Source of the DNA: Oceanispirochaeta sp.
GTDB lineage: Bacteria; Spirochaetota; Spirochaetia; DSM-2461
NCBI GenBank assembly: GCA_963663385.2
Contig: CAXXXD010000002.1
Location: 608,001-672,000, forward strand
Length of the DNA: 64,000 nucleotides
Direction: 5' to 3'
In this document: piece by piece, positions 10,033-19,966 of the stretch
How the letters are laid out: the number at the start of each line of letters is the position of its first letter
How positions within the stretch are numbered: position 1 is the stretch's first letter
Program-made: the position numbers and the translations under genes
Notes under the pieces: model-generated
Databases searched by the model: none
What the model saw: the letters and a program-made list of their open reading frames with translations, nothing else
Told to the model about the DNA's origin: nothing

Positions 10033-11205
10033 ATGAAGATTACTGGAAAACTGGGCTTTATCGCTTTGAGCGTTTTAGTCATGATTTCGGCGGTATCCTG
10101 CACCAAGAAGGGTGATGTGTCCATGTCCGTCAGGGAGAATATCTCCTGGGATGAAAAAGTCGGGCTTGATGATCAGTTGAGCGGAGACGAGCTGTATGCA
10201 AAAGCTAAAGAGGAAGGAACTGTTACGATTTACTCAATGTCCAGCCGTTTTAACGATGTAAAAGAGACCTTTGAAGCCCAGTACCCCGGGATTGAGGTTG
10301 TTGTATACGATATGCGAAATTCAGAAATCGTAGAGAAATTCCAGAGAGAGCATGAAGCGCAGATACGTAATGCGGACCTGTTGTTTATCAAGGATACGGA
10401 TGGAGGTGTTTTTACTGAGTTTGTCAGTATGGGATTACTGAAAGAGTATATTCCTGAAGATATGATGAAAACTGCTCCGGCAACGTTTCAGAAAGGCGCC
10501 TATGTCCCCTATTTTGAGATGAAACAACTATTCTACAATACGGAAGTATACGACTCCTGTCCGATGGACAGCTGGTGGGATCTGACAAGACCTGAATACA
10601 AAAGTAAAATCATTCTGAGAAGCCCCATTGAGAATTCGGAAACCATGGGTCTGTTTATGGCCATAGTCAATAACAGCGATGAGATGGCTGCTGCCTATAA
10701 AAAAGAGTTCGGAGAAGATATTGTACTGAACGGGACAGAAAATGCCGGATATGAGTTTTTGAAAAGGCTGTCGGATAATGATCTGATCGTCATGACTTCC
10801 GATACGGATATTACCAAAGCGGTAGGTGCGCCCGGGCAGGAAAATCCTCCTTTCGGTATTGCTACTTCCAGTAAAATGCGGAAGGCCGGCGACAAGCTTC
10901 TTATCAATGTGGCAGAAGATCTGTCTCCCCGCCTGGGTATACTGGATCCTGCTTTTCTTTATATTGCCGATCAGGCTGAGCATGTCAATGCCGCAAAACT
11001 TATGATGAGATGGGTTGGTGGAGAAAAGGACGGAACAGGACCCGGTTTCAAGCCCTTTCATGTAAGAGGCTCCTGGCCTTCAAGACTGGATGTTGCTCCT
11101 ATCGATACACCTGCACTGGACTCATTAAACCTCTGGGATCTTGATCTGAAACAGAACTACCTGATGCTGGATGATATGAGAACTTTCTGGATGACTCTGC
11201 AGTAG
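10033..11205 (+). CDS. ABC substrate-binding lipoprotein (AfuA/FbpA-like)
   Basis: Lipobox AVSC; LYAKAKEEGTVTIYS, SWWDLTRPEYK and HVNAAKL are typical of this SBP cluster. Confidence 0.85.
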   Translation: MKITGKLGFIALSVLVMISAVSCTKKGDVSMSVRENISWDEKVGLDDQLSGDELYAKAKEEGTVTIYSMSSRFNDVKETFEAQYPGIEVVVYDMRNSEIVEKFQREHEAQIRNADLLFIKDTDGGVFTEFVSMGLLKEYIPEDMMKTAPATFQKGAYVPYFEMKQLFYNTEVYDSCPMDSWWDLTRPEYKSKIILRSPIENSETMGLFMAIVNNSDEMAAAYKKEFGEDIVLNGTENAGYEFLKRLSDNDLIVMTSDTDITKAVGAPGQENPPFGIATSSKMRKAGDKLLINVAEDLSPRLGILDPAFLYIADQAEHVNAAKLMMRWVGGEKDGTGPGFKPFHVRGSWPSRLDVAPIDTPALDSLNLWDLDLKQNYLMLDDMRTFWMTLQ

Positions 11206-11214
11206 GAAATATTA

Positions 11215-11242
11215 CCCTCCTTCCGGTTGATCCGGAGGAGGG
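11215..11242 (+). terminator. Stem-loop after the SBP gene (attenuator or mRNA stabiliser)
   Basis: CCCTCC-T-TCCGG / CCGGA-GGAGGG with 5-nt loop; weak U tract. Confidence 0.5.
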
Positions 11243-11264
11243 GAGTTTAACAAAGGAAAACTTT

Positions 11265-12146
11265 ATGCAATTTGATATCACAATGATTGGTCATATCTGT
11301 AAAGACACTCTGTTCGATATGAACGAAAAAAGCGAAAGCCCCGGCGGAGCTGTTTACTTCTCCTCCATTGCCGCCGCGAGAAGCGGAGCCCGCATTCATG
11401 TTGTTACCATGGCCTCGGAATCGGATGACAGTCTTTTTGACGTTATGCGAAGTGATGGGATATCTGTTACAAGATTAGCATCGGATCAAACAACTCAGAT
11501 TACTCTTAAATACGATTCCCCGGAGAGGGAGAGACGGGAGGTTATCCTCGACTGCCAGGCAGCACCCTTTGCTGTTAATGATTTTCCGGAATCAAAAAGT
11601 TCTATCTACCACCTGGCAGGATTGTTTAAAGGGGAAATCCCGGATGATTTTATCCCTTATCTTTCCCGTAAGGGAGATGTCGCCCTGGATGTACAGGGGG
11701 TCTTAAGATGTAGCGAAGGGGGAAATCTTATCTTTAAAAAATGGGACAGGGTTAAGGAGATGCTCCCGTATATAAAGTATTTAAAGACGGATGCGGCGGA
11801 GGCGGAAATTTTGACAGGAGAGACCGATCGGGAAAAGGCCGGCAGAATACTGAATAAAATGGGTGCCGCTGAAGTAATGATTACCCACAATGAAGAAGTT
11901 ATTATCTGTACCGGGGAGAATATTATTAAAGCGCCCTATAATCCGTCCAATTTGTCCGGCCGGACGGGCAGGGGAGACACCACTTTTGCCGCCTATCTGG
12001 CAAAACGGATAGACCGAGAGCCCTACGAATCCCTCTTTTATGCAGCAGCTCTCTGTTCCATCAAAATGGAGACTCCGGGGCCGTTTAATCAGGGGATCAG
12101 CGAGGTGTATAAGCGAATGGATAGTCTGGGGTATAGGCAAAGGTGA
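11265..12146 (+). CDS. PfkB/ribokinase-family kinase
   Basis: IGHICKD, PGGAVYF, LDVQG, LKTDAAEA, GRTGRGDTTFAAY (PfkB signature 2 variant). Confidence 0.88.
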   Translation: MQFDITMIGHICKDTLFDMNEKSESPGGAVYFSSIAAARSGARIHVVTMASESDDSLFDVMRSDGISVTRLASDQTTQITLKYDSPERERREVILDCQAAPFAVNDFPESKSSIYHLAGLFKGEIPDDFIPYLSRKGDVALDVQGVLRCSEGGNLIFKKWDRVKEMLPYIKYLKTDAAEAEILTGETDREKAGRILNKMGAAEVMITHNEEVIICTGENIIKAPYNPSNLSGRTGRGDTTFAAYLAKRIDREPYESLFYAAALCSIKMETPGPFNQGISEVYKRMDSLGYRQR

Positions 12147-12208
12147 AAAATGACTGTACTGCAGATGCCGGCAGGTACTGTCCGACGGCTATCGGTCAGG
12201 TTGATTTT

Positions 12209-13891
12209 TCAATTATAATCTTTAAAGGTATATCTGTTTCGGCCGTTCTTTTTTGATTCATAGAGGGCCTGGTCCGCCGTTTCCACAAATTGACTGGCTG
12301 TCTGTCCGGGGCCGGGGATGGCATGGGCTATTCCTATGCTGATAGTCACTAAGTCTGATACTTCTGATCCCTGATTGGGAACGGCCAGCTCTTTCAGATC
12401 CTTCTGAATGGCAAGGGCTATCTTTTCGGCACCTTTCCGTTCTGTTCTGGGGAGAAGAATGACAAACTCCTCTCCTCCGTACCTTGCGGCACAGTCCAGG
12501 GGACGACTGGCGTGGTCTGCCAGAATTCGGGCCAGGATCTGAAGGCACTCATCTCCCATCCCGTGACCATATGTATCGTTATACTTTTTAAAGAAATCCA
12601 CATCGATAAACAGCAGAGCTATATTTCGTGATTCTTCACGGCAGAGACTCCACTGGGCTTCCATTTCCCTGTCAAAATACCCCCGGTTTGAAATCTGGGT
12701 CAATCCGTCCAGACTAACCTGCTTTTCCAGATCCATCTGAAGGGTTTTGCTTTGAGTAATATCGTGAAAAGTTACTGCGAGACCTTCACCTATAATCCGT
12801 ACGGAAACCTGAAACCATCCTCGGAGATTTTCAAACTCAAGGTATTTTTCCTTAACAAAGGGTTTTTTTTCTCTGGCTGCCTGTAGAAAATCCGCATAGA
12901 TCTCTTCATCTTTAAGAGACGGGTAACGGGTCAGGAATTTTTTCCCGATGATTTCACTGACTTCCACCGCAAAATTGGCCGACGCCCTGGGATTGGCCAT
13001 AATCCACTCAAAGTCTTCAATTTCTCCATGTTCTGTTTTAACAGTTTTAAGGACCATTATACCGTCGTGAGAACTGTTTAAAACACTTTCCAGCAGGTCC
13101 TGTGATTTCTGGAGTTCTTCAGTTCTCAAAATAACCTGCTTTTCAAGAGAGTTGTTTATATCAGCCAATTTTCGATACATATCGGCATTTTCCCGGGACA
13201 TGACATTGAATATTTTCGCTATGGTTCCAATCTCATTGCTGCAATTTATATCAACCTGTCTGCCAAGTTCCCCGGCTCCCACTTTTTCCATTACACCTGA
13301 TAGCTCTGTGAGATGTTGTGTCACCTGATAGGACAGAATCCGGGATATGAAAAGGAGGATTCCGGCAAGTAAGGTCAGGATCAGGGCTGATATAAGAAGA
13401 AAAGTAATCTGACGCTGTCTGTGCAGCTCCTGCAGATTATAGTAAAAACGGGCGTATCCATGAAAATCACCAGCAACAATCAGGGGCGTTGTATGAATCA
13501 TGGACGGAATTCCCAAAAAGGATCCTTCCGAGTTGCTTTGTATCTCTTTTTTCTGTTCTTTCGGAGAGAGCCGTTTATCCGGTTCCGTCTCGTAACTGGC
13601 AAAAAAAAGCTTACCCTCTGCATCATAGATTTCGGTGGCCAGTATACCGTGGAATTCCAGAATCCCTTTGAGGCTGCTTTCCATTCCCACGGTATTTCTG
13701 AAAAATAGCATATTGCCCAGACTGTTGACTTTATTCTGAACCAGGGCATTGAGAATCGTTTCTATGGACTGAAGCGACTGTCTGTAACGATGATTTTCAA
13801 AAGAGAAAAGAGTTATGCTGAATACCGAGGAAATCGCGAGAAAGACTAAAATGAGTTTTCTTGTTATCTGTTTTCTCAGTGAACCGTTCAT
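12209..13891 (-). CDS. Membrane diguanylate cyclase (periplasmic sensor-HAMP-PAS-GGDEF)
   Basis: Two TM helices, HAMP (NEIGTIAKIFNVM), DGLTQISNR, DVDFFKKYNDTYGH, RPLD I-site, GGEEF. Confidence 0.92.
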   Translation of the reverse strand: MNGSLRKQITRKLILVFLAISSVFSITLFSFENHRYRQSLQSIETILNALVQNKVNSLGNMLFFRNTVGMESSLKGILEFHGILATEIYDAEGKLFFASYETEPDKRLSPKEQKKEIQSNSEGSFLGIPSMIHTTPLIVAGDFHGYARFYYNLQELHRQRQITFLLISALILTLLAGILLFISRILSYQVTQHLTELSGVMEKVGAGELGRQVDINCSNEIGTIAKIFNVMSRENADMYRKLADINNSLEKQVILRTEELQKSQDLLESVLNSSHDGIMVLKTVKTEHGEIEDFEWIMANPRASANFAVEVSEIIGKKFLTRYPSLKDEEIYADFLQAAREKKPFVKEKYLEFENLRGWFQVSVRIIGEGLAVTFHDITQSKTLQMDLEKQVSLDGLTQISNRGYFDREMEAQWSLCREESRNIALLFIDVDFFKKYNDTYGHGMGDECLQILARILADHASRPLDCAARYGGEEFVILLPRTERKGAEKIALAIQKDLKELAVPNQGSEVSDLVTISIGIAHAIPGPGQTASQFVETADQALYESKKNGRNRYTFKDYN

Positions 13892-13912
13892 AATAATGGA
13901 TTATAATTAATA

Positions 13913-15040
13913 TTACGGTTCTATCAATTTAACGAAATCAATAGAGCCGTCTTTATAAGTGAGGATTGCGGCGCTCTTATTCAGTGGATCACCCTGAAAA
14001 TCCATGGTGAACGAACCTGTCACTCCCTGATAGTTTCTTATTCGGGCCATGGCATCCCGTATGTCAGAGCGTACCAGACTGCCGGATTGTCTGATAGCCT
14101 CCATGATTATATTGAAGGAATCGTAAGCCAGAGCAGCACTGGAGGCAATAGGTCCATCACCATATTTGGCATGGTATCGCTGGACAAAGTCTCTGCTTTG
14201 TTCTGTATCTTCATCCTGATGCCAGTGGTTAACAAAATAGTGCCCTTCAGAAGCCTCGGAGCCGGCTACGCCGAGAACACCTTTTCCCCAGCCGTCGCCT
14301 CCCAGAAAAGTGGCTTTAAGCTTCATATTATTAGCCTGTTTTAGTATCAGTCCTGCATCTGCGCCATGCCCCGGTACGAATACTACATCCGGATCAAGAG
14401 TTTTAACCTTTAACAGTATTTCAGAATAGTCACTCTGATCTCCGTTATAGAACTCCTCAGTCAGAACAGTCCCTTCCCTTTCAAAACCTTTACGGAAGTA
14501 TTCGGCCAGACTGACGCTGAAAGTGCTCGGGGCCTTTGTCAGAATTACTGCCGTTTGAGCTGACAGTTCATCCAGCGCGAATGTGGCCATTATCTGTCCC
14601 TGAAAAGGATCGGTGAAACAGGCCCTGAATATATAGTCTCCCAGGCTGCTTATGTCTGGGTGGGTGGATATGGGGGAAATAAGGGGTACTCCCGCCTTTT
14701 GAAAGAGAGGTCCTATCAGTTTCGTTATATTGCTGATATTGGCACCTACTGCAGCGGTCATTTCATTCTCTTCCAGGTATTTAATGGCAAGCTCTTTTCC
14801 CGCAGTTATTTTTGTAACCCCTCCGTCGATAATTTCAACGGATCGGCCGAGTATACCGCCCTCCTCATTGATTCTCTCGGCTGCCAGAATGGCACCCTTC
14901 ATATCTTCGGCAGACTGGAAATTTTCAACAGCTGTGTAGGACTGACCGTATGTAACATAGATTTTGACGGTTTCTTCAGAAAAAAGAGAAAAAGTCGTCC
15001 ATAAAAGGAAGATTCCCGACAGTATAAATAGCTTCTTCAT
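13913..15040 (-). CDS. LivJ/LivK-type periplasmic binding protein
   Basis: AAERINEEGGILGR, GVPLISPIST, YIFRACFTDPFQG, FLGGDGW, YQGVTG; signal peptide. Confidence 0.88.
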   Translation of the reverse strand: MKKLFILSGIFLLWTTFSLFSEETVKIYVTYGQSYTAVENFQSAEDMKGAILAAERINEEGGILGRSVEIIDGGVTKITAGKELAIKYLEENEMTAAVGANISNITKLIGPLFQKAGVPLISPISTHPDISSLGDYIFRACFTDPFQGQIMATFALDELSAQTAVILTKAPSTFSVSLAEYFRKGFEREGTVLTEEFYNGDQSDYSEILLKVKTLDPDVVFVPGHGADAGLILKQANNMKLKATFLGGDGWGKGVLGVAGSEASEGHYFVNHWHQDEDTEQSRDFVQRYHAKYGDGPIASSAALAYDSFNIIMEAIRQSGSLVRSDIRDAMARIRNYQGVTGSFTMDFQGDPLNKSAAILTYKDGSIDFVKLIEP

Positions 15041-15135
15041 CAGTTTTGCTCTCCCGGGTTTCCATTATACAAGATAGCAGGAGGGAATGCGGAAAAAATT
15101 GATGATTTTTATACTTATTATGATACAGTGGTTAA

Positions 15136-15360
15136 ATGGAAAACGACGATAGCCGGCAGATTCTGATTGAGCTGGCAAACACAAAGATGCCCTTCGGGAA
15201 GTACAAGGGGCGGTATCTGATTGATCTGCCCGAGGCCTATGTTCTCTGGTTTAAACAGAAGGGCTTCCCCAAAGGGAAGCTGGGGTATCTCATGGAAAAC
15301 CTGGTGGCTATAAAGGAAAACGGATTGGAGGGACTGGTTCGGTCCCTCATTAAAAGGTAA
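15136..15360 (+). CDS. DUF3820-family small protein
   Basis: MPFGKYKGRYLIDLPEAYVLWF..KGFPKGKLG..IKENGLE. Confidence 0.85.
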   Translation: MENDDSRQILIELANTKMPFGKYKGRYLIDLPEAYVLWFKQKGFPKGKLGYLMENLVAIKENGLEGLVRSLIKR

Positions 15361-15446
15361 AAAAACAAATTGCATTGTATGTGCAATGTTGTCATTCTGT
15401 GTGTATATCTGTTATGATATCTATCGATAATTATTTATAAATAAGG

Positions 15447-16382
15447 ATGATGCATATGCTATACGATGTTCCCGGCCTTCAGAGCTGGGCTATTATGCTT
15501 TCTGTTTTATTTGCACTCATGGCATTTAATGAACTGGGACGGACAACCCGCTGGGGCGGAATAGCCCTTTTTTTCGTGATTCCTCTTATCCTGTCGATTT
15601 TTGTCTGGCCCGAAACAGCCGCCCCCGGCAACGAATACGGGACGGGGACCTGGTTCAACTGGGTAAAGACTTACTCAGCCCTGGCGGGATGCCTCGGTTT
15701 TATGGCCATCCGTTTTATTCCGGGAATGGCAGGAAAAAAGTGGGCCCTTGCCTTCCCGCCCCTTATTCTGGGACTGAATATTTTTGAAGCCTGTCTCCGG
15801 GACTTTCAGTGTTTTAGCTATGCCGCATGGGACGGGGCCTATATTGATCATCTCTGGGTCATGTCGGGTCCCTGGAATATTATGAACGGAATTGCCGGTC
15901 TGCTGAATATCGTGACTATCTGCGGATGGGCCGGGATTGTTATTTCCAGGGACAAAACCAAAGATATGCTTTGGCCGGATATGATCTGGGCCTGGATCAT
16001 CGCCTATGATCTGTGGAATTTCGCCTATACCTACAACTGCATAGCCGATCACTCTTTCTACTGTGGTCTGACACTGCTCCTCTCCTGTACTATACCCGCC
16101 TTCTTTATTAAAAAAGGGGCCTGGCTCCAGCACCGGGCGGCAACTCTTGGCGTATGGATTATGTTTGTTATGACCGTTCCCTCTTTTGCCGACAGGATTG
16201 CGCCGGTGCCGACAACCCATAACCCCAGGGCTTTTTTCCTGTTAAGTCTGCTCTCCCTGTCTGCCAATATTGCTCTGGCGGTATACCAGTTTATAATTAT
16301 TAGAAAGAGAAGACTGAATCCTTTAAAGGATGAGCTGTACAGGGAAACTTCTGTCTATAATAGAGTATTGTCCGAAGTTTAG
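15447..16382 (+). CDS. DUF5692-family membrane protein
   Basis: TWFNWVKTYSAL, NIMNGIAGLLN, WPDM..WIIAYDLWNFAYTYNC, GAWLQHRA. Confidence 0.8.
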   Translation: MMHMLYDVPGLQSWAIMLSVLFALMAFNELGRTTRWGGIALFFVIPLILSIFVWPETAAPGNEYGTGTWFNWVKTYSALAGCLGFMAIRFIPGMAGKKWALAFPPLILGLNIFEACLRDFQCFSYAAWDGAYIDHLWVMSGPWNIMNGIAGLLNIVTICGWAGIVISRDKTKDMLWPDMIWAWIIAYDLWNFAYTYNCIADHSFYCGLTLLLSCTIPAFFIKKGAWLQHRAATLGVWIMFVMTVPSFADRIAPVPTTHNPRAFFLLSLLSLSANIALAVYQFIIIRKRRLNPLKDELYRETSVYNRVLSEV

Positions 16383-16420
16383 AATATCTCGTATAATAAA
16401 ACATCATCAGGAGGTTTCCT

Positions 16421-17149
16421 ATGGACGAGAAGATTGGAACAAGATCATTTTTAACTGGATTAACCATTACGGGAATCTTCCTGACCGCAGGGCTCTGGGG
16501 GCTGGGGATTATACTGAGCCATGGAGCTGAAAATATAAAGTCCCTTGAGCGGTGTGTTACAGTAAAAGGGCTTTCCGAAAGGGAGTATCCCGCTGATATT
16601 GTAATATGGCCTATACAGTTCAGCGAAGCAGGGAATGATGCTTCGGCCCTGTACGAAACAATTGAAGAAAAATCCCGGCAAATTATAAGCTATCTGGAGA
16701 CAAACGGCCTCTCTCCGGAGGAAATCACTCTTTCCGCTCCGTCTGTTGTGGATAAATCGGCCCGGGAGTACGGCGATAACGCCAATGCCGCCTTTCGGTA
16801 CACGTCTTCACGGATTGTAACAGTCTACTCTGATAAAATTGAAACAGTGCGCAAGCTGATGAATTCCCTTTCAGTGCTTGGCAGAGAAGGAATCATCTTT
16901 GCCGATACAAGCTATCAGGTCGAATACCTTTTCAATCGTTTAAATGAAGTGAAACCGGAAATGATTGAAGAGGCAACCCGCAATGCCAGGGAAGTCGCCC
17001 AGCGTTTTGCAGATGATTCGGACAGTACTCTGGGAAAGATCAGACAGGCTTCCCAGGGGCAGTTCAGTATCTCGTCCCGGGACGGAAATAATCCCCATAT
17101 CAAAAAGGTCCGGGTTGTTTCCACGGTGGAGTATTATCTCTCTGACTAA
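16421..17149 (+). CDS. SIMPL (DUF541) domain protein
   Basis: VTVKGLSERE, KPEMIEEATRNAREVAQRFA, KKVRVVSTVEY. Confidence 0.88.
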   Translation: MDEKIGTRSFLTGLTITGIFLTAGLWGLGIILSHGAENIKSLERCVTVKGLSEREYPADIVIWPIQFSEAGNDASALYETIEEKSRQIISYLETNGLSPEEITLSAPSVVDKSAREYGDNANAAFRYTSSRIVTVYSDKIETVRKLMNSLSVLGREGIIFADTSYQVEYLFNRLNEVKPEMIEEATRNAREVAQRFADDSDSTLGKIRQASQGQFSISSRDGNNPHIKKVRVVSTVEYYLSD

Positions 17150-17273
17150 CCGGAAAATCCTTTGGGAATAATTGCTGCCTGTTCTCCTTTTGTCAGGAAG
17201 ATTGAAATACGGGAATTTATCCTTTAGACTTATAATGAGTAATGTAATATAAAAGCTGTTTAAAGGGTTTGCG

Positions 17274-19193
17274 ATGAAAACGCCGGTATGGGAGGGATTT
17301 TCCTGTTTTGACAAGATAGAGGAAGCCTGTTTTTTACTGGATCCGGGAAAAGGATTTATCCACGGAAATAAAAGCGCTCTGTCTCTCTTCTCTGTGAACA
17401 GCATTGAAGAGTTCAGCAAACTGAACCCTGTCCTTTTATCTCCCGAATTTCAGTATGACGGCGCTCCTTCAAAGGAGAAGGCCAGGGAAATTCAGGAACT
17501 GGCTCTCCAGAGAGGATCCCTTATATTTCAGTGGATACACAAAAGACCGGATGGAAGTGAATTCCCGGCGTCAATTACCCTTAACAGGATCCGGACTGAC
17601 GAAGGTCCCGTACTGCTGGGTTTTATTCAAAAAGCACTGCCCCATCTCCGGGAACCCGGTGGGGGAAATCAGGATGATGAGTATGAATCAACAATTAATA
17701 ACCTTCCCATAGGCGTTATTGTTCATAGTGCGGATTCCTCTATTATCTTATGCAACCCGATGGCGGAACACATACTGGGAGTCTCAAAAGAGCAGTTGAT
17801 GAAGCGTCAGGCAATGGACCCGGAATGGCGTTTTGTCAATGAGGAGGGAAACAGGCTTTCGCCCGAGGAATTCCCTGTAAGTCTGGTTATGGCAAGTAGA
17901 AAGTCCCTTGATAACAGGATCTTCGGTATTCAAAGAACAGATCGGGCGGGGTATACCTGGATTCTGGTTAATGCTGTTCCCCTGTTTGATGCAGAGAATT
18001 TTATTCATAAAATTATTGTGAATTTCTATGATATTACCCAGATGAGAAAAATCGAGGAGGAGTTGACTCAAAGCAGAAAAATGGACGCCATAGGACAGCT
18101 GGCCGGAGGAGTCGCCCATGATTTCAATAATGTCCTGACCGGGATTATCAGCTCTGTGGAACTGTTGAAAACAAGTGTAGCTCCCGGAAGCTTGGAAGAT
18201 ACCTATCTGGATATTATTATGCAGTCATCTCAACGGGCTGCCGATCTAAATGCCAAGCTGCTGTCTTTTTCAAGGAAGGGAAAATCCGTATCGACGCCGG
18301 TGAATGTTCATTCCATTATCGATGATACTACGGCCATTCTGGAAAGGAGCCTTGATAAGCGGAACAGGATCCTCACAAGAAAAAAGGCCCCCTATCATAC
18401 CGTAACAGGAGATGATTCCCAGCTTCAGAACGCTCTGTTAAATCTCTGTATTAATGCGGCGAATGCCATGCCGGAGGGGGGAGAAATTCTGATCTCAACA
18501 GAGAATATCGAGTTGGAGGATGCTTTCTGTGAGTCCAGTTCCTTTGATCTGATACCCGGAGAATATCTGCTTATTGAGATACAGGATTCGGGAACGGGAA
18601 TTCCCCAGAAACATATCAACAGGATATTTGAACCTTTCTTTACGACAAAAAAGGCCGGTAAGGGAACGGGCCTGGGACTTGCCTCGGTATATGGGACTGT
18701 AAAGCAGCATCATGGGGCCATTTCTGTTTACAGCGAAGTAGGTGTCGGCTCATCTTTTCATATCTATCTGCCTGTGTGCAGCGATTCTACTCCCATCAGA
18801 AAGAGAGTGGAGAATCTGATTCAGGGAACAGGCGTCATCCTCCTTGTGGACGATGAGGAAATAATCAGGATTACAGCGGAAAAAATGCTCAAAAGTATGA
18901 ATTATGAAGTGATCCTTGCCAGGGATGGCAGGGAAGCTGTTGATATTTTCCGGGAGAATCACAGGAAGATCGATCTTGTGCTTCTGGATATGATCATGCC
19001 TGTTCTGAATGGGCGGGAAACTTTCAATATGATACGGCAGATTGATCCGGATGTTAAAGTTGTTCTGTCATCAGGATTTTCCAAAGCAGAGGATGTAAAG
19101 CAGATGACGGAAAAAGGTTTGAGCGGGTTTATCAGAAAACCCTACCGGAAAGCTGAGTTAAGTAGAATCATAGCAGATATCCTGACAAAATAA
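17274..19193 (+). CDS. Cytoplasmic hybrid histidine kinase (PAS-PAS-HisKA-HATPase-REC)
   Basis: GQLAGGVAHDFNN H-box, NLCINA, FEPFFTTK, GTGLGL; receiver ILLVDDE, LLDMIMP, RKP. Confidence 0.93.
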   Translation: MKTPVWEGFSCFDKIEEACFLLDPGKGFIHGNKSALSLFSVNSIEEFSKLNPVLLSPEFQYDGAPSKEKAREIQELALQRGSLIFQWIHKRPDGSEFPASITLNRIRTDEGPVLLGFIQKALPHLREPGGGNQDDEYESTINNLPIGVIVHSADSSIILCNPMAEHILGVSKEQLMKRQAMDPEWRFVNEEGNRLSPEEFPVSLVMASRKSLDNRIFGIQRTDRAGYTWILVNAVPLFDAENFIHKIIVNFYDITQMRKIEEELTQSRKMDAIGQLAGGVAHDFNNVLTGIISSVELLKTSVAPGSLEDTYLDIIMQSSQRAADLNAKLLSFSRKGKSVSTPVNVHSIIDDTTAILERSLDKRNRILTRKKAPYHTVTGDDSQLQNALLNLCINAANAMPEGGEILISTENIELEDAFCESSSFDLIPGEYLLIEIQDSGTGIPQKHINRIFEPFFTTKKAGKGTGLGLASVYGTVKQHHGAISVYSEVGVGSSFHIYLPVCSDSTPIRKRVENLIQGTGVILLVDDEEIIRITAEKMLKSMNYEVILARDGREAVDIFRENHRKIDLVLLDMIMPVLNGRETFNMIRQIDPDVKVVLSSGFSKAEDVKQMTEKGLSGFIRKPYRKAELSRIIADILTK

Positions 19194-19196
19194 TGA

Positions 19197-19771
19197 CGGC
19201 GGTTTTTTATATCTACCATATTCCAGTTTCTCGTTATTGCAGAGAAGCACTCTCTGATTGTGGAACAGAATAAACTGCTCAATCACGTGGCTGCCAGAGA
19301 CGGGATGACCAATCTGTATGAAAAGGAACACTTTCAAAAACTGACGGGAGAGATAATAGAGGACTGGGATTTTATTATGCAGCATGCCATGATGTTTGTG
19401 GACATCGATAATTTCAAGTATTAAACGATACCTATGGTCATGATACAGGTGACGAACTGATTATCCATATTGCGGAAACACTGGTACGGTCCCTGCGCTA
19501 CTCGGATATTGCCAGCCGTTACGGAGGGAATGAATTTGTTCTGTGGCTGCATAATACAAAAGTGGAAGACAGCGAATATATTGCCAGAAGGATCCTGGAA
19601 AATTTTTCGCATCCCGTAAAACTGAAAGATCGGGAAATCTCTATCAGCGTAAGCATCGGTATCAGTTATTTCCCCGATGACGGAGACAACCTGGATAAGC
19701 TTCGGGAAGTCTGCGACAAACGGATGTATAAGGCCAAAAAAGCCGGGGAAAACCGGTTTCAGGGGAAATAG
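19197..19771 (+). pseudogene. Truncated, frameshifted GGDEF gene
   Basis: Frame A reads ...ARDGMTNLY...MFVDIDNFKY* (TAA 19422-19424). Frame B from 19421 reads LNDTYGHDTGDELI...RYSDIASRYGGNEF...SIGISYFP...MYKAKKAGENRF*. The active-site motif is degenerate (GGNEF) and there is no convincing start. Confidence 0.85.
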
Positions 19772-19966
19772 AAAGAGATGTATTGTTGAATCTTTTCGGG
19801 GTAAATAAGACTTCATTGTCAATACGGGTAGAGTTTGTGTTCTTTTCTTTAGAAGGAGAGTTGGAAGGGGGAGTACTGTTCCTGAAATAAATGCCTTCTG
19901 CCGGAAAATCCCTAAAAAATGAACTACTAGACAGTTTTCTTATCAACATGTATTATTTGTTTAATA

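Noticed and set aside
6974..11205. Annotating the ABC system as an iron(III) transporter (fbpABC)
   Set aside because: The fold class matches, but phosphatase neighbours and LacI operators argue against iron, so no gene symbol was assigned.
19772..19925. Possible histidine-kinase C-terminal remnant (IVESFRGK*, SLEGELEGGVLFLK*MP)
   Set aside because: Fragments are short, in different frames and lack the G-box; cannot be told apart from chance.
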